This document shows, piece by piece, positions 18,034 to 27,044 of a stretch of 27,188 nucleotides of DNA. The notes below the pieces were generated by a model, which worked only from the letters and a program-made list of their open reading frames with translations, was not told the DNA's origin and made no database searches. This DNA comes from Candidatus Caldarchaeum sp. (lineage in GTDB: Archaea; Thermoproteota; Nitrososphaeria_A; Caldarchaeales; Caldarchaeaceae): the NCBI GenBank assembly GCA_038831915.1, contig JAWBKB010000019.1, forward strand, positions 1 through 27,188, in the 5' to 3' direction. Positions within the stretch are counted from its first letter, which is position 1, and the number at the start of each line of letters is the position of its first letter. Both the position numbers and the translations under genes were made by a program.

Positions 18034-18699
18034 TTGTATGCGGCGCGTGAAAGAGTGGAAGATTATCGATCAAGATTACTCTCTTTAACGCAGGACCAGA
18101 TGCGCAGCGTTTTGGACATTTTAAGAAAAACCACTTTGATGCTCGAGATGATTGCAAAGGAGAGCGATGTTCGAAAGCTGGAGGAAGCATACCAAGAGAT
18201 TGTGAAAATCGACGAAGTAGCTAGAACCAACAGAAGAATCATCGAGAAGGAGGTCACCGACATCGGCGCTATCTTAACCAACCGGGAGGACTTCATCCGA
18301 CTTGTAAACTGTATTGATAAAATCGCGGACATATCTGAAGGAGTGGCGTTCCGCATCGTTGGCCTTGCGAAGTCAAAAATGAAGATAGATAAGGAGATTT
18401 TGGCTGAGTTAATGAAGCTCGGCGACCATGTGCTCCAGTCAGTAACCAAACTCCGCGAAGCACTTCTCGCGGTGACATTGAACAGCGAAACATTCTACCA
18501 GAAAGTCAAGGAGACCGAGGAAGCGGAAAGAACCGTCGACGAGCTTTACCGAAACATTGACCTAAGCTTATTGATGTCAGACATGCGAGTAGGGCAGCTG
18601 TTGTTGATTCGTGAAATCGTGTCGATGTTCGAGGACATCGCCGATAAAGCAGAAGAAGCCGTAGAAGACCTGAGAGTTCTATCCTTCGTAATACTCTAG
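18034..18699 (+). CDS. DUF47/PhoU-like helical protein
   Basis: Two helical repeats with REDFIRL...DKIAD and E...DELYR...EDIADKAEE. Confidence 0.8.
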   Translation: MYAARERVEDYRSRLLSLTQDQMRSVLDILRKTTLMLEMIAKESDVRKLEEAYQEIVKIDEVARTNRRIIEKEVTDIGAILTNREDFIRLVNCIDKIADISEGVAFRIVGLAKSKMKIDKEILAELMKLGDHVLQSVTKLREALLAVTLNSETFYQKVKETEEAERTVDELYRNIDLSLLMSDMRVGQLLLIREIVSMFEDIADKAEEAVEDLRVLSFVIL

Positions 18700-18706
18700 T
18701 GGTGGC

Positions 18707-19246
18707 ATGTTTTACGTAGGGGAGCTGTTAAGCGACAGCGTCATAGTATGGGACATAGCGCAGTCCCGCAGCCTATACAAAGAAGGTTACTACGGGAAAC
18801 CGCTTGGCATACCAAAGCCGAAAGATTTCAACTTCAATACACCGTTAGTTCTAGACCTCGTCGAAGCCCTTTACCTAGCAAAAAAGCAGAGACTCAAAGT
18901 AATACGCCAATCGAAAGAAATGACACCCGAAGAATTGGAACAACATGCTTCGATGATTGACAAAAACTTCCCCAGCAGGTATAAAGTCTACGAAGATTTG
19001 AGGGAAAGGGGTTTTGTTGTTCTGCCCGGAATCAAATTTGGAAGCGACTTTGCAGCGTATAGACATGGGCCTGGAATCGACCACGCACCTTTCATAATTC
19101 AAGTGAAAACAGAGAACGAAGGTCTTTCAGCTCTCGAAATAATCAGGTCAGGCAGGCTAGCTACATCGGTCAAAAAACACTTTACCATATCTGTCCCCAC
19201 AGACCAGAAAGTCGTCTACCTTATGTTCGAATGGTGGAAGGCCTAA
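18707..19246 (+). CDS. endA: tRNA-splicing endonuclease, catalytic subunit
   Basis: EALYL, VYEDLRERG, GIKFGSDFAAY, DHAP and SVKK give the Tyr-His-Lys triad; GKPLGIPKPK loop. Confidence 0.95.
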   Translation: MFYVGELLSDSVIVWDIAQSRSLYKEGYYGKPLGIPKPKDFNFNTPLVLDLVEALYLAKKQRLKVIRQSKEMTPEELEQHASMIDKNFPSRYKVYEDLRERGFVVLPGIKFGSDFAAYRHGPGIDHAPFIIQVKTENEGLSALEIIRSGRLATSVKKHFTISVPTDQKVVYLMFEWWKA

Positions 19247-19902
19247 GAAGTTTTTCTGAAAACGGCGTGAAGCGTTTTACCCACGCGTTTAAGGTCCACC
19301 AGCTCGTGATGTGTTTTCTGCGACCAGTCGATAAGGTCTACTTCAGTGGCCGGGTCGCCGGTTATCACGTGAAGCATCAGACCTAAACCTACGTGAGTTC
19401 TCATGAAATCTCCAATCTGTGTCAGAATATTTTCACATGTCTCGCCGAAAACCGGTAGTTCGTAATCGGGTACAGCTTTCAAGCAGACAACTCCTCTCTC
19501 ACGGTTTATTCCGAGATATTGTTTGGCGGCTTCGTCCGCTTGCATGGCGCCGATAAATACGTGTTCAGTCGTGATTTCGGCAAGCCATCCCTTCTCGTAA
19601 ACGTCTTCGGCGAGCTTACTCGGGTCGTTGATTATGTCGTCGTTGACACGTTGGATTCTGAGTTCGAAAGGAGCAAGCACCGCCACGTCGGTCTTAGACG
19701 TGCTCACCACTGCAAACGCCGTGCGGCGTCTAACCAGTGTTGCCGCCGCCCTGACTGATATTTTTCTCGGTTTTCCTGTGAAGAAGAGAAGCGGCTGCGT
19801 AATGCCGACTCGAACGACATCGCCTAATGGTTTTAGCCATAGGTCGTGTTCAACGTAGTATAGCCTGTCATCAGGTAATACGCATTCGTCAGCTGTTTTC
19901 AA
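19243..19902 (-). CDS. GcvH-like (lipoyl-carrier fold) - TusA/SirA-like fusion protein
   Basis: N-domain LPDDRLYY..H.W...VRVGIT...VSTSK...LAP...VN...P...DVYEKGWL; C-domain G.TC...LHVITGDPATEVDLIDW...HEL...FRK. TTG 19902 overlaps the rhodanese TGA. Confidence 0.8.
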   Translation of the reverse strand: MKTADECVLPDDRLYYVEHDLWLKPLGDVVRVGITQPLLFFTGKPRKISVRAAATLVRRRTAFAVVSTSKTDVAVLAPFELRIQRVNDDIINDPSKLAEDVYEKGWLAEITTEHVFIGAMQADEAAKQYLGINRERGVVCLKAVPDYELPVFGETCENILTQIGDFMRTHVGLGLMLHVITGDPATEVDLIDWSQKTHHELVDLKRVGKTLHAVFRKTS

Positions 19903-20750
19903 TGATGCCTCTCGATGGGAAATCTCACTAGGTTCCCCCACTCAGTCCAGCTTCCATCGTAGACTTTGACGTTAGGATAGCCGAGTAGATGTTTGAGGAC
20001 AAACCAGGTTACGCTGGCTCTTTCTCCTATTCGGCAGTAAGTTATCACGTCTTTTTCAGGCGTCACTCCTTTCGATTCGTAAAGTGTTCTGAGTTCTTCA
20101 GCGCTTTTGAATGTTCCATCTTCCCTGATGGCTTGACCCCATGGAATGTTGATGGCGCCGGGAATGTGGCCTCCTCGTTGAGCGTGTTCGGTTGGATATT
20201 CAGGAGGAGCGGTGATTTCCCCCGAAAATTCAGCCGGAGACCTGACATCCACCAAAACCAAGCTCGGGTTTCCCACCTTGCCTCTTAACAATTCGTCCAA
20301 GAAAATTCTGTTCTCGATGTTGACTTTTTCAACCCGATAGGTCGCGGGTTTTGGAGTCGGAAGTTCTTTAGTTAGCTCTCCTCCGGAATCAATCCATTTT
20401 TTCCTACCCCCGTTCAAAACTTGCACTTTTTTATGTCCGTACATTTCGAAAACCCAGAAGGCGAAGGTGGCGAACCAGTTGTTGTAATCCCCGTATAATA
20501 TCACATGAGTGTCGTTGCTTACGCCGAGCCGGGACATCAGTGCTTCGAATTCTTCGGGCCCGATGATGTCGCGGACTGTTTGTTTGTTCATGTCTTTTCT
20601 CCAGTCTATGAGCAAAGCACCTGGAATATGGCCCTGTTCGTACGCCATCTTAGGATCGTAGTCCACCTCTATGACCGCAATACCGGGTTTGGCTAGATTT
20701 TGTTTGAGCCATTCAACTTCCACTAACGCGTTTGGGTTCGCATAGGTCAT
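19899..20750 (-). CDS. Two-domain rhodanese/thiosulfate sulfurtransferase (SseA/CysA/TtuD-like)
   Basis: GHIPGA twice, LNGG...W, DVRS..EF.G, active site YCRIGER, YDGSWTEW. Confidence 0.95.
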   Translation of the reverse strand: MTYANPNALVEVEWLKQNLAKPGIAVIEVDYDPKMAYEQGHIPGALLIDWRKDMNKQTVRDIIGPEEFEALMSRLGVSNDTHVILYGDYNNWFATFAFWVFEMYGHKKVQVLNGGRKKWIDSGGELTKELPTPKPATYRVEKVNIENRIFLDELLRGKVGNPSLVLVDVRSPAEFSGEITAPPEYPTEHAQRGGHIPGAINIPWGQAIREDGTFKSAEELRTLYESKGVTPEKDVITYCRIGERASVTWFVLKHLLGYPNVKVYDGSWTEWGNLVRFPIERHH

Positions 20751-20816
20751 AACGGTGTTATAATAAGGCCTGAATTTAAGATTTCTTAGTCTACAATAAT
20801 ATGAGAGAAATAAAGG

Positions 20817-22529
20817 TCAGCCATACCGATATTTCACGCCGTGGCCCCACCATTCGTGACCAAACTTGACTATCTCGGGCGGGCCGATGACCCCGCATGT
20901 GCCGCAGGCCACACAAGCCACATGATCGAATTTCAGCAGCCCGTTACGGATGTCTTCGCGAGTAACCTCGACCGCTTTTCGAGCGGCCGCTTCATGGTCA
21001 AACCCCTGCGCAAGAAGTTTTTCCAAGTTGAAGCGGTAAAGGTCTTTGAATGAGCCGTAAACTCCCTTTTCCGTGACCAATGTATAGCAGTTGACTGGAC
21101 ACATCGGAATCCAGGCCTTGAGCCCTTGGAGTGATGCTTTGTTTTCGTCGACGATGATGTGAGACCTTGTCTTGTCTTCGTCGTAGTCGAGCTTTCCGAT
21201 GAGTTGCTGAATGAGTTGCAAAGCATCGCGATCGTTGGGTATGGTGTTGGGCTGCGGTGATTTCGTGGACCTGCCCAATCCTAAAGTGAAAACGATTGAA
21301 GGGGCAACAGAGTAGAATATTTTCCGCTCGATGAGTACGCTGTTGGTTTTCGACTTTCTGACTCTGTCGTACAGCGGCTCAAGATATCGTCTGTAGACCG
21401 AAAGCGACGTTTCTCCGAAATCCTTTCTTTTCTCCGCTTCGATGTAGGTGTTGGCCGCAGCTATTCCTGAGGCGATTGCGGGCCGCATGCCGTCGATCAA
21501 AGCTCCAATTTTGTAGAAAACACCTAGCGAGTCGCCGGCCATGAGAAAGCCGGGTGCATATGGTTTTTCGGGCAAAACCTTGTAGCCTCTGGGAATGTTG
21601 TGAGCCGAATATTCGAGCAGAGTCGCTCCTTCAAGCAAAGGCCCGAGAAAGGGATGGTTTTCCATTTCGGTGAGAAGGTCGATGGCCTTTCCAACCTCTG
21701 TAAAGTTCGTCGATAGCGTAGCCATGGCTTGTGCGAGGTCGAGGACAATACCAACAGATACAGTGTCTTTGTTGGGGTAGACAAAGCCGCCCCCAACGAT
21801 TCCATGCATGAAATCGCCGAGCAGATAGACCGATTTGTATCCATCCCCGTATGAGAAAAACTCATCAATTCTGCTCGAAGAAACCCTGAACACATGCTTC
21901 ACTCCATGATATGTTTTCTCGGGCGTCATCTTACCACGAATGCCGGCTTTTTCAGGCAAAAGAGATGTTACACCCGCGCAATCGATGACGAGGTTAGCGT
22001 AAATTTCTTCGTCGGGTGTTTTGACGCCGATGACTTGGCCATTCCTCCAGATTAAGTCTTCAACCGTTTTGCGTGTGACAACCATCGCTCCCTCTTCAGC
22101 CGCGACCGAAGCCATCCATCTGTCAAATTTTACACGGAGAACCGAATAGTCATGACCCGTCGACGCATCCAGCATCGTGAGTCCGAGTCTCGTCAGTAGC
22201 GAGGATTTGTCCATTTTCAGATAGCGGTACGTGGATTCTCCGTTCATTCTTTTGGGCTGGCCTAGAAGGTAAAGCTCGTGGCCGACGATTTTACGCTCAA
22301 CTGGTGCAACACTTTCAAATTCCGGAACGAGATCAATAAGTCCCAAACCGTTCACGAAAGAACCGAAAAGAACACCTCCAGAAACATTTCTCTGTCCCGG
22401 TATCTGAGTTTTTTCAAGGACGAGCACGTCGTAGCCGCTTCTCGCTAGCTTAATCGCCGCAGCACTGCCGGCTGGACCAGCCCCAACAATAGCTACGTCG
22501 AATTTATTTTCCATTTTTTCATCCACCAA
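20817..22529 (-). CDS. fixCX: FixC-like FAD oxidoreductase fused to FixX-like ferredoxin
   Basis: VGAGPAG, NVSGG, R.KFDRW, GGGFVYPN, EYSAHNIP, AGD...GM..AIASG; C-terminal CPVNCY, CVACGTC and GV.YRYG. Confidence 0.88.
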   Translation of the reverse strand: MVDEKMENKFDVAIVGAGPAGSAAAIKLARSGYDVLVLEKTQIPGQRNVSGGVLFGSFVNGLGLIDLVPEFESVAPVERKIVGHELYLLGQPKRMNGESTYRYLKMDKSSLLTRLGLTMLDASTGHDYSVLRVKFDRWMASVAAEEGAMVVTRKTVEDLIWRNGQVIGVKTPDEEIYANLVIDCAGVTSLLPEKAGIRGKMTPEKTYHGVKHVFRVSSSRIDEFFSYGDGYKSVYLLGDFMHGIVGGGFVYPNKDTVSVGIVLDLAQAMATLSTNFTEVGKAIDLLTEMENHPFLGPLLEGATLLEYSAHNIPRGYKVLPEKPYAPGFLMAGDSLGVFYKIGALIDGMRPAIASGIAAANTYIEAEKRKDFGETSLSVYRRYLEPLYDRVRKSKTNSVLIERKIFYSVAPSIVFTLGLGRSTKSPQPNTIPNDRDALQLIQQLIGKLDYDEDKTRSHIIVDENKASLQGLKAWIPMCPVNCYTLVTEKGVYGSFKDLYRFNLEKLLAQGFDHEAAARKAVEVTREDIRNGLLKFDHVACVACGTCGVIGPPEIVKFGHEWWGHGVKYRYG

Positions 22530-23601
22530 GCATTCGGATAAGTTCAGGCACGACCTGATATAGGTCTCCCTTTATGCCGTAATGGGCGATTTCAAAGATT
22601 GGTGCTTTGGGGTCTGTGTTGATTGCGACTATTGTCTTGGATTTGATCATTCCAACTCTGTGTTGAACGGAGCCGCTTATTCCCAGAGCAATGTAGATGT
22701 CGGGGGAGACGGTTTTGCCTGTTTGTCCAACCTGTCGCTCCGAAGTAACCAAGCCCTCTAGCTCTTTCAGCTCGGCGTGGACCAGAGCCCTCGTAGCACC
22801 GACCTCTGTCTTTAACCCGTATTTGTCTTTCAGGAAATTAGCCAGCCTAGCGGCGAGCTCAAACCCTTCTCTCGGGTTTCTTGGGTTGCCCTGCCCATCC
22901 TTCAAAACACCCAACCCAACACTGACGATGATATTAGCACCTTCGAGGTCGATGGGGCTCTTCGGTAGCTCTTTTTCCTCGATGATTTCGACTGAGAAAT
23001 CTTCAGGATTCGGCTGGGGCCTGAACCTTATTTTCTCGCCTTCTCTTGTTCTGTCTTCGGGCAGTGGTTCAAAGTTTCCAGGCCGTATGCTGGCTATCTG
23101 GGGACGATGTCGTGGTGTGTAGATTTTCGCCACCCTAGTCGCAAAGTCGGGCCGAATCTGAGCGATAACGTTCTTGTAAATAGTGTTGGTGGGTCCGTAG
23201 TAGTAGTCTTCGACTTCGACGTTTATGTTGTCGGTCGCCAGTCCTGTGTTAAGCCTGTACGCAACTCTGGGAGAAAGGTCTCGTCCCAGCTCGTCTGCTA
23301 CAAAGAGAAAAGCATAGGGTTTTAGTTTATCAACCATTTCGCAGATGACACGGGTGTAGGGAAGAGCGAGGTATCGCGCAAGCCATGGCTCGTCGGCATA
23401 AACAACGACGTCAGCGCCACGCACGATGGCCTCCTCGATTGGTGCGTCAAGGTTGTAGCCAACCAGCACAGCTCCGACTCTTTGCCCAATTTTATCTGCA
23501 ACTTTGCGTGCGGCTGCTAAAATTTCAAGGCTCGGCCGCGTGAGCTTGCCTTTTTCTGCCACGCAGTAAGCCCAGACATCGTTATACTGCTCCAACGACA
23601 A
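22519..23601 (-). CDS. fixB: Electron transfer flavoprotein alpha subunit
   Basis: GRDLSPRVA..L.TGL, RP, VSVG.G, GATR, QVGQTGKTVSP..YIA.GISG..QH..G, AINTD..APIF. Confidence 0.93.
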   Translation of the reverse strand: MSLEQYNDVWAYCVAEKGKLTRPSLEILAAARKVADKIGQRVGAVLVGYNLDAPIEEAIVRGADVVVYADEPWLARYLALPYTRVICEMVDKLKPYAFLFVADELGRDLSPRVAYRLNTGLATDNINVEVEDYYYGPTNTIYKNVIAQIRPDFATRVAKIYTPRHRPQIASIRPGNFEPLPEDRTREGEKIRFRPQPNPEDFSVEIIEEKELPKSPIDLEGANIIVSVGLGVLKDGQGNPRNPREGFELAARLANFLKDKYGLKTEVGATRALVHAELKELEGLVTSERQVGQTGKTVSPDIYIALGISGSVQHRVGMIKSKTIVAINTDPKAPIFEIAHYGIKGDLYQVVPELIRMLGG

Positions 23602-24829
23602 CCTTCAAACCTCCAAACAATTCCTCAACCAAATCCTGCAACGTAAAAACGCCTACGACATTCCTTGCTACCAAGTCTTTGACGAGTTCCTCTGGTAAGT
23701 TTTTAACCGTGTCTCCTTTCTTGAAAGGCCCATAGGTTCTGTCATTCCATGAAATTTTTTCATGATCAGTTTTGAACACTAATGTTTCTCCGACGAACTT
23801 TTGGGTCGGTGGTTTAGCGATTTCGTATCCGGGTCCGACGATGGTCGGCGAGCCGTAGAATCCGATTTTCGAGGGGTCGGCTTCGATAAAGTCAGCGTTC
23901 CACACAAAAGTTTTCCTAACTTTCTGTGGGAAATTGTTGGCCCTTACCTGTTTCTGGTTGTTCGCTAACGGAACACGTGGCTCATAGTGATGGTCGATGG
24001 TTAGGAGACAGGGAATCGAAACCCGAACTTTTTGGAGAATGTTTCCAATTTTCCTTTCTGCGATAACGTATTCGAGGTCAGGCGAAATCTCAAAATCCCT
24101 GGTAAAAGCGATGCTTGGAATCAGTTTTCCAATCATTTCGCTCAACGCTTCCGCTGTTTGAGGACCGGTGTTTCCTGTCTCGCCGTCGCTGGTCTTCATC
24201 CCTGCTAAGATGATGAATTTGGATAACCTTTTCTTGTATTTCTCGAGCTCCGACAATAGAGTCTGTTTGTCTATTTTTCCAGCAGCGTATTGTTTGATGA
24301 GGGAGTCTTTCACGCTGCTCAGCTTTGAATAGATTATGTGAGGTATCAGGTTATTTTCGTAGAGTTCTTCCGCTACCGCGACGACTTTTTCTACTGAATC
24401 GTTTTGAACTGTCTGAATAAGTTTGTCAGCGGCTTCGTTGTGTGTTTTGAGGTATTTGTTGATGCCGCAGGCAAGTGTGTACGAGGTGGCCCAGGTATCA
24501 GCTCCTGCCATTCTTCTGTCGCTCAGTATTATTCTTTCGTCGAAACCTTCGAACGAAATGCGGGGAACAAACCTGCTTTCCTCAACTGGTTCAACCAAAT
24601 CGTTGGTGATTGGTATAATCTTAGGTTCTGGGCCCATTGTTATGCCGACTATTTTGCCGCCCACAGATTTTTTGATGTAGTAAGCGGCCTCGATGGCTTT
24701 GACGTCGTATGGGTTAAGGACAAGTTCCATTTCCTCACGGCGCAGCACGCCGGAAACCGTGACGACCTGTGTTGTTTTCGCAGGAACACCTTTGAAAAGA
24801 CAAATTATCAGCATTTTTCCAGCCGACAC
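23582..24829 (-). CDS. fixA: Electron transfer flavoprotein beta subunit, enlarged
   Basis: KGVP, NPYD..AIEAA, TMGP, SDRRMAGADTWATS, G.KTSDGETGNTGP, G..GSPT.V. Confidence 0.9.
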   Translation of the reverse strand: MSAGKMLIICLFKGVPAKTTQVVTVSGVLRREEMELVLNPYDVKAIEAAYYIKKSVGGKIVGITMGPEPKIIPITNDLVEPVEESRFVPRISFEGFDERIILSDRRMAGADTWATSYTLACGINKYLKTHNEAADKLIQTVQNDSVEKVVAVAEELYENNLIPHIIYSKLSSVKDSLIKQYAAGKIDKQTLLSELEKYKKRLSKFIILAGMKTSDGETGNTGPQTAEALSEMIGKLIPSIAFTRDFEISPDLEYVIAERKIGNILQKVRVSIPCLLTIDHHYEPRVPLANNQKQVRANNFPQKVRKTFVWNADFIEADPSKIGFYGSPTIVGPGYEIAKPPTQKFVGETLVFKTDHEKISWNDRTYGPFKKGDTVKNLPEELVKDLVARNVVGVFTLQDLVEELFGGLKVVVGAV

Positions 24830-24866
24830 CTAGATATGCTATTCTCTATTTAACCTCAATTGATTT

Positions 24867-26198
24867 TCAGCAAATTGCTGTCATGCTATCAATCGATATC
24901 TCCAATTCGCCGAATTTGTTTGCCTTGATTATCGGAAAGGCAAACCTTGTCTTTGTACCTTCTGGTATTTCGCCAATTTTAACGGCTGCCTCTCCCCATG
25001 ACACGCCCGCCACAACTTTATCGCCCACTTTGAGCCAGAATCGTGTAAAAGGTCTTCTACCAAATTTTGTTTCGACGTAACTGACATCGGTCTTTCTGAG
25101 AATTTCGACAGAGATAACATGGTTTATCAGACGTCCTTCGACTTTCCAGAGGTCGCCATCAAACTCAGGCAGCATCGCAACGTTGTCACTGTCTTCGAGC
25201 TGTTGCAAACTGTTGAAAAATAAATGTGGAATTTCTCGATGAGCTATAATAAAACTATTGGCTACGAGGTATCTTGAGGCTGTAGATGGGTTTTTTAGCG
25301 TTGGCAACCTAAATAATCGGCCTTCGGCATAACCGACCGGCACTCCGTCGACGCATGTCCCTATAGTTTTCACAGCCAGTTGCGCTATGGCTTTGCACAT
25401 GATTTTCTCCCTGATTTCAGGTTCTTCATGGCTAAACGTGACGCAGGTATCTGAGACAGTATAAAACGTCCCATGTTTCACAAGCAAATTCGTTGCGTAG
25501 AATCTTTTTCCTGAAGAATCTTTGAAAACGTGTGAATGTTCGCGATACGCGATGAGAAGATATGGCTCTTTTCCGTCTGTCATCATGACGAAGTTGAGAT
25601 CTTCGTTCTCGAGTCGAGGCGTGTCGTAAACAACGACGGCCGAAACATCCGCGTACTCAGCTTTCGTCGACAAAGCTTCACCTGGCCCTTGAAATAGTTT
25701 TTCAAAAGACGGAAAAGATTCCTCGCGGCCCGGTTTTTCAACTAATGTTTTCGCGGTTGCTCTTAACGCGACACTTTTCCTCCGTCTTTGAGCAAACACG
25801 CTGCAGTTTTTCAACCCTATGACATCTCCAACGAGCACGCCCGTTAAAGCTTCGACATCGCCGAATACATCGACCGCGCCTGAGTTATCTGCTATCCGTA
25901 GCTTCGCATATTTTTGCCCCATTTCTCCTTCAACGGTTGCTACACCCAAAACCCGTCCGGCTACATTCACAGACTGAAGCCCCGAAGTTAGCTGCGCTAT
26001 CGGGATGTATTCCCCGAACTCACGAGATTCAAGCAGTTCCTTAGCCAACCTCTTCTCCTCTAAAATGATCAGCAACGCACCTCTCCGTGTCAAAAAAGGT
26101 GAATTCCTCAACTTCTCTTCAACCAATTTCTCCAACTCTTCCTTCGAAATTGTTTTGTCCTTTTCGAGAATAGCTCTTTCTAGGTCCTCTTCACGCAT
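24867..26198 (-). CDS. RPA/SSB-like multi-OB-fold ssDNA-binding protein
   Basis: N-terminal helical region (LT..GAL), I.QL..G...VNV.GRV...IADNSG, C-terminal TKFG...GD...WG...N.FG..EI OB fold. Start placed at ATG 26198. Confidence 0.75.
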   Translation of the reverse strand: MREEDLERAILEKDKTISKEELEKLVEEKLRNSPFLTRRGALLIILEEKRLAKELLESREFGEYIPIAQLTSGLQSVNVAGRVLGVATVEGEMGQKYAKLRIADNSGAVDVFGDVEALTGVLVGDVIGLKNCSVFAQRRRKSVALRATAKTLVEKPGREESFPSFEKLFQGPGEALSTKAEYADVSAVVVYDTPRLENEDLNFVMMTDGKEPYLLIAYREHSHVFKDSSGKRFYATNLLVKHGTFYTVSDTCVTFSHEEPEIREKIMCKAIAQLAVKTIGTCVDGVPVGYAEGRLFRLPTLKNPSTASRYLVANSFIIAHREIPHLFFNSLQQLEDSDNVAMLPEFDGDLWKVEGRLINHVISVEILRKTDVSYVETKFGRRPFTRFWLKVGDKVVAGVSWGEAAVKIGEIPEGTKTRFAFPIIKANKFGELEISIDSMTAIC

Positions 26199-26241
26199 CC
26201 ATCTTTGAAGCGTGTCGTTCGGTAAAAAATGTGATTTGCAC

Positions 26242-26888
26242 GGTACTGTCAACTAGGTATTACGCCTCCTTCTCTTGTTTGGGTTCTGAGGAGTAGGTTA
26301 TGTATTAGGGCTATTCCTGCTGTTATCTCCTCTATATTCTTTACTGTCTTGGAGTTTATGTTGTTGTGGAATCTTCTGGTCCTGTCCTTCAGCTCCCTAA
26401 ACCACCTCTCTATCCTATTCCTATTCCCAAAGGAAGTACTCTATTCCAAGCCTCTTCAATGCCCATGGATACCATGGACCCCTATCCACTACTACCACCG
26501 GCTTACCTTCGCATGCCCTTAGGACCATCCTAAGGAAAGTATAGACCTACCTCTGGAAGCGTATACCGCTATTATCTCTCCAGTATCAACGTCTACTGCA
26601 GACCATACGTAGACCCACTCTCCCAGCCTCTTCTCAACAGTCTCATCGACGGCTACAAGCCTCCTGGGCTTACGCATGGAATTGAAGACCCTCCCCAGCC
26701 TATGAACCCACTCCCCAACACTCTCCCTAGAGGCATACCTCTCAGACACATCCCTAAAGCTAAGCCTTCTCAGAAGAACTATGAAGAGGCTGGAGAAGCG
26801 CTCAACCAAGCAGTCGAAGACATGCACAGCCGATAGGAGAACAGCCCAGGCCATAACCATTCCGAGAAAAGCTTAAGTTGACAGTGCC
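26242..26888 (-). mobile_element. IS6-family insertion sequence, 647 bp, defective
   Basis: Terminal IRs GGTACTGTCAACT (26242-26254) and GGCACTGTCAACT (reverse complement of 26876-26888), 12/13 identical; encloses a DDE transposase remnant; no target duplication visible. Confidence 0.9.
26249..26860 (-). pseudogene. IS6-family DDE transposase pseudogene
   Basis: AVDET...YVWSAVDVDT / VVVDRGPWYPWAL / NRIERWFRELKDRTRRF in three segments; shifts near 26538 and 26435; stop lies inside the IR. Confidence 0.88.
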
Positions 26889-26908
26889 GTTCCCTTTCGG
26901 ATATATTC

Positions 26909-26916
26909 TTATATAA
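26909..26916 (+). promoter_or_regulatory. TATA box for tRNA-Asn
   Basis: TTATATAA 23-30 nt upstream of tRNA G1. Confidence 0.6.
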
Positions 26917-26938
26917 GGGGAAGCAATTCGCTTATTTA

Positions 26939-27044
26939 GCCGGGGTAGCTCAGCCTGGTCAGAGAAAATATTACCTACAGGTAATATTTCTGCAACGGCG
27001 GGCTGTTAACCCGTCGGTCAGCGGTTCAAATCCGCTCCCCGGCG
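26939..27044 (+). tRNA. tRNA-Asn(GTT) with a 31-nt intron at about 24/25 (26965-26995); CCA not encoded
   Basis: GCCGGGG/CCCCGGC acceptor stem, GCTC/GAG^C D stem, GCGGG-CT-GTT-AA-CCCGT anticodon arm, AGCGG-TTCAAAT-CCGCT T arm; intron hairpin AAATATTACC/GGTAATATTT. Confidence 0.95.

Noticed and set aside
19243-19902. Ordinary glycine cleavage H protein
   Set aside because: It has an extra TusA-like domain, an altered lipoylation motif and no gcvT/P neighbours.
2080-26208. Numerous short antisense or overlapping ORFs in the track (e.g. 9180..9656, 10622..11071, 12549..13022, 14131..14681, 22697..23122, 24404..24853)
   Set aside because: They are shadow frames of well-supported genes or pseudogenes and show no motifs.
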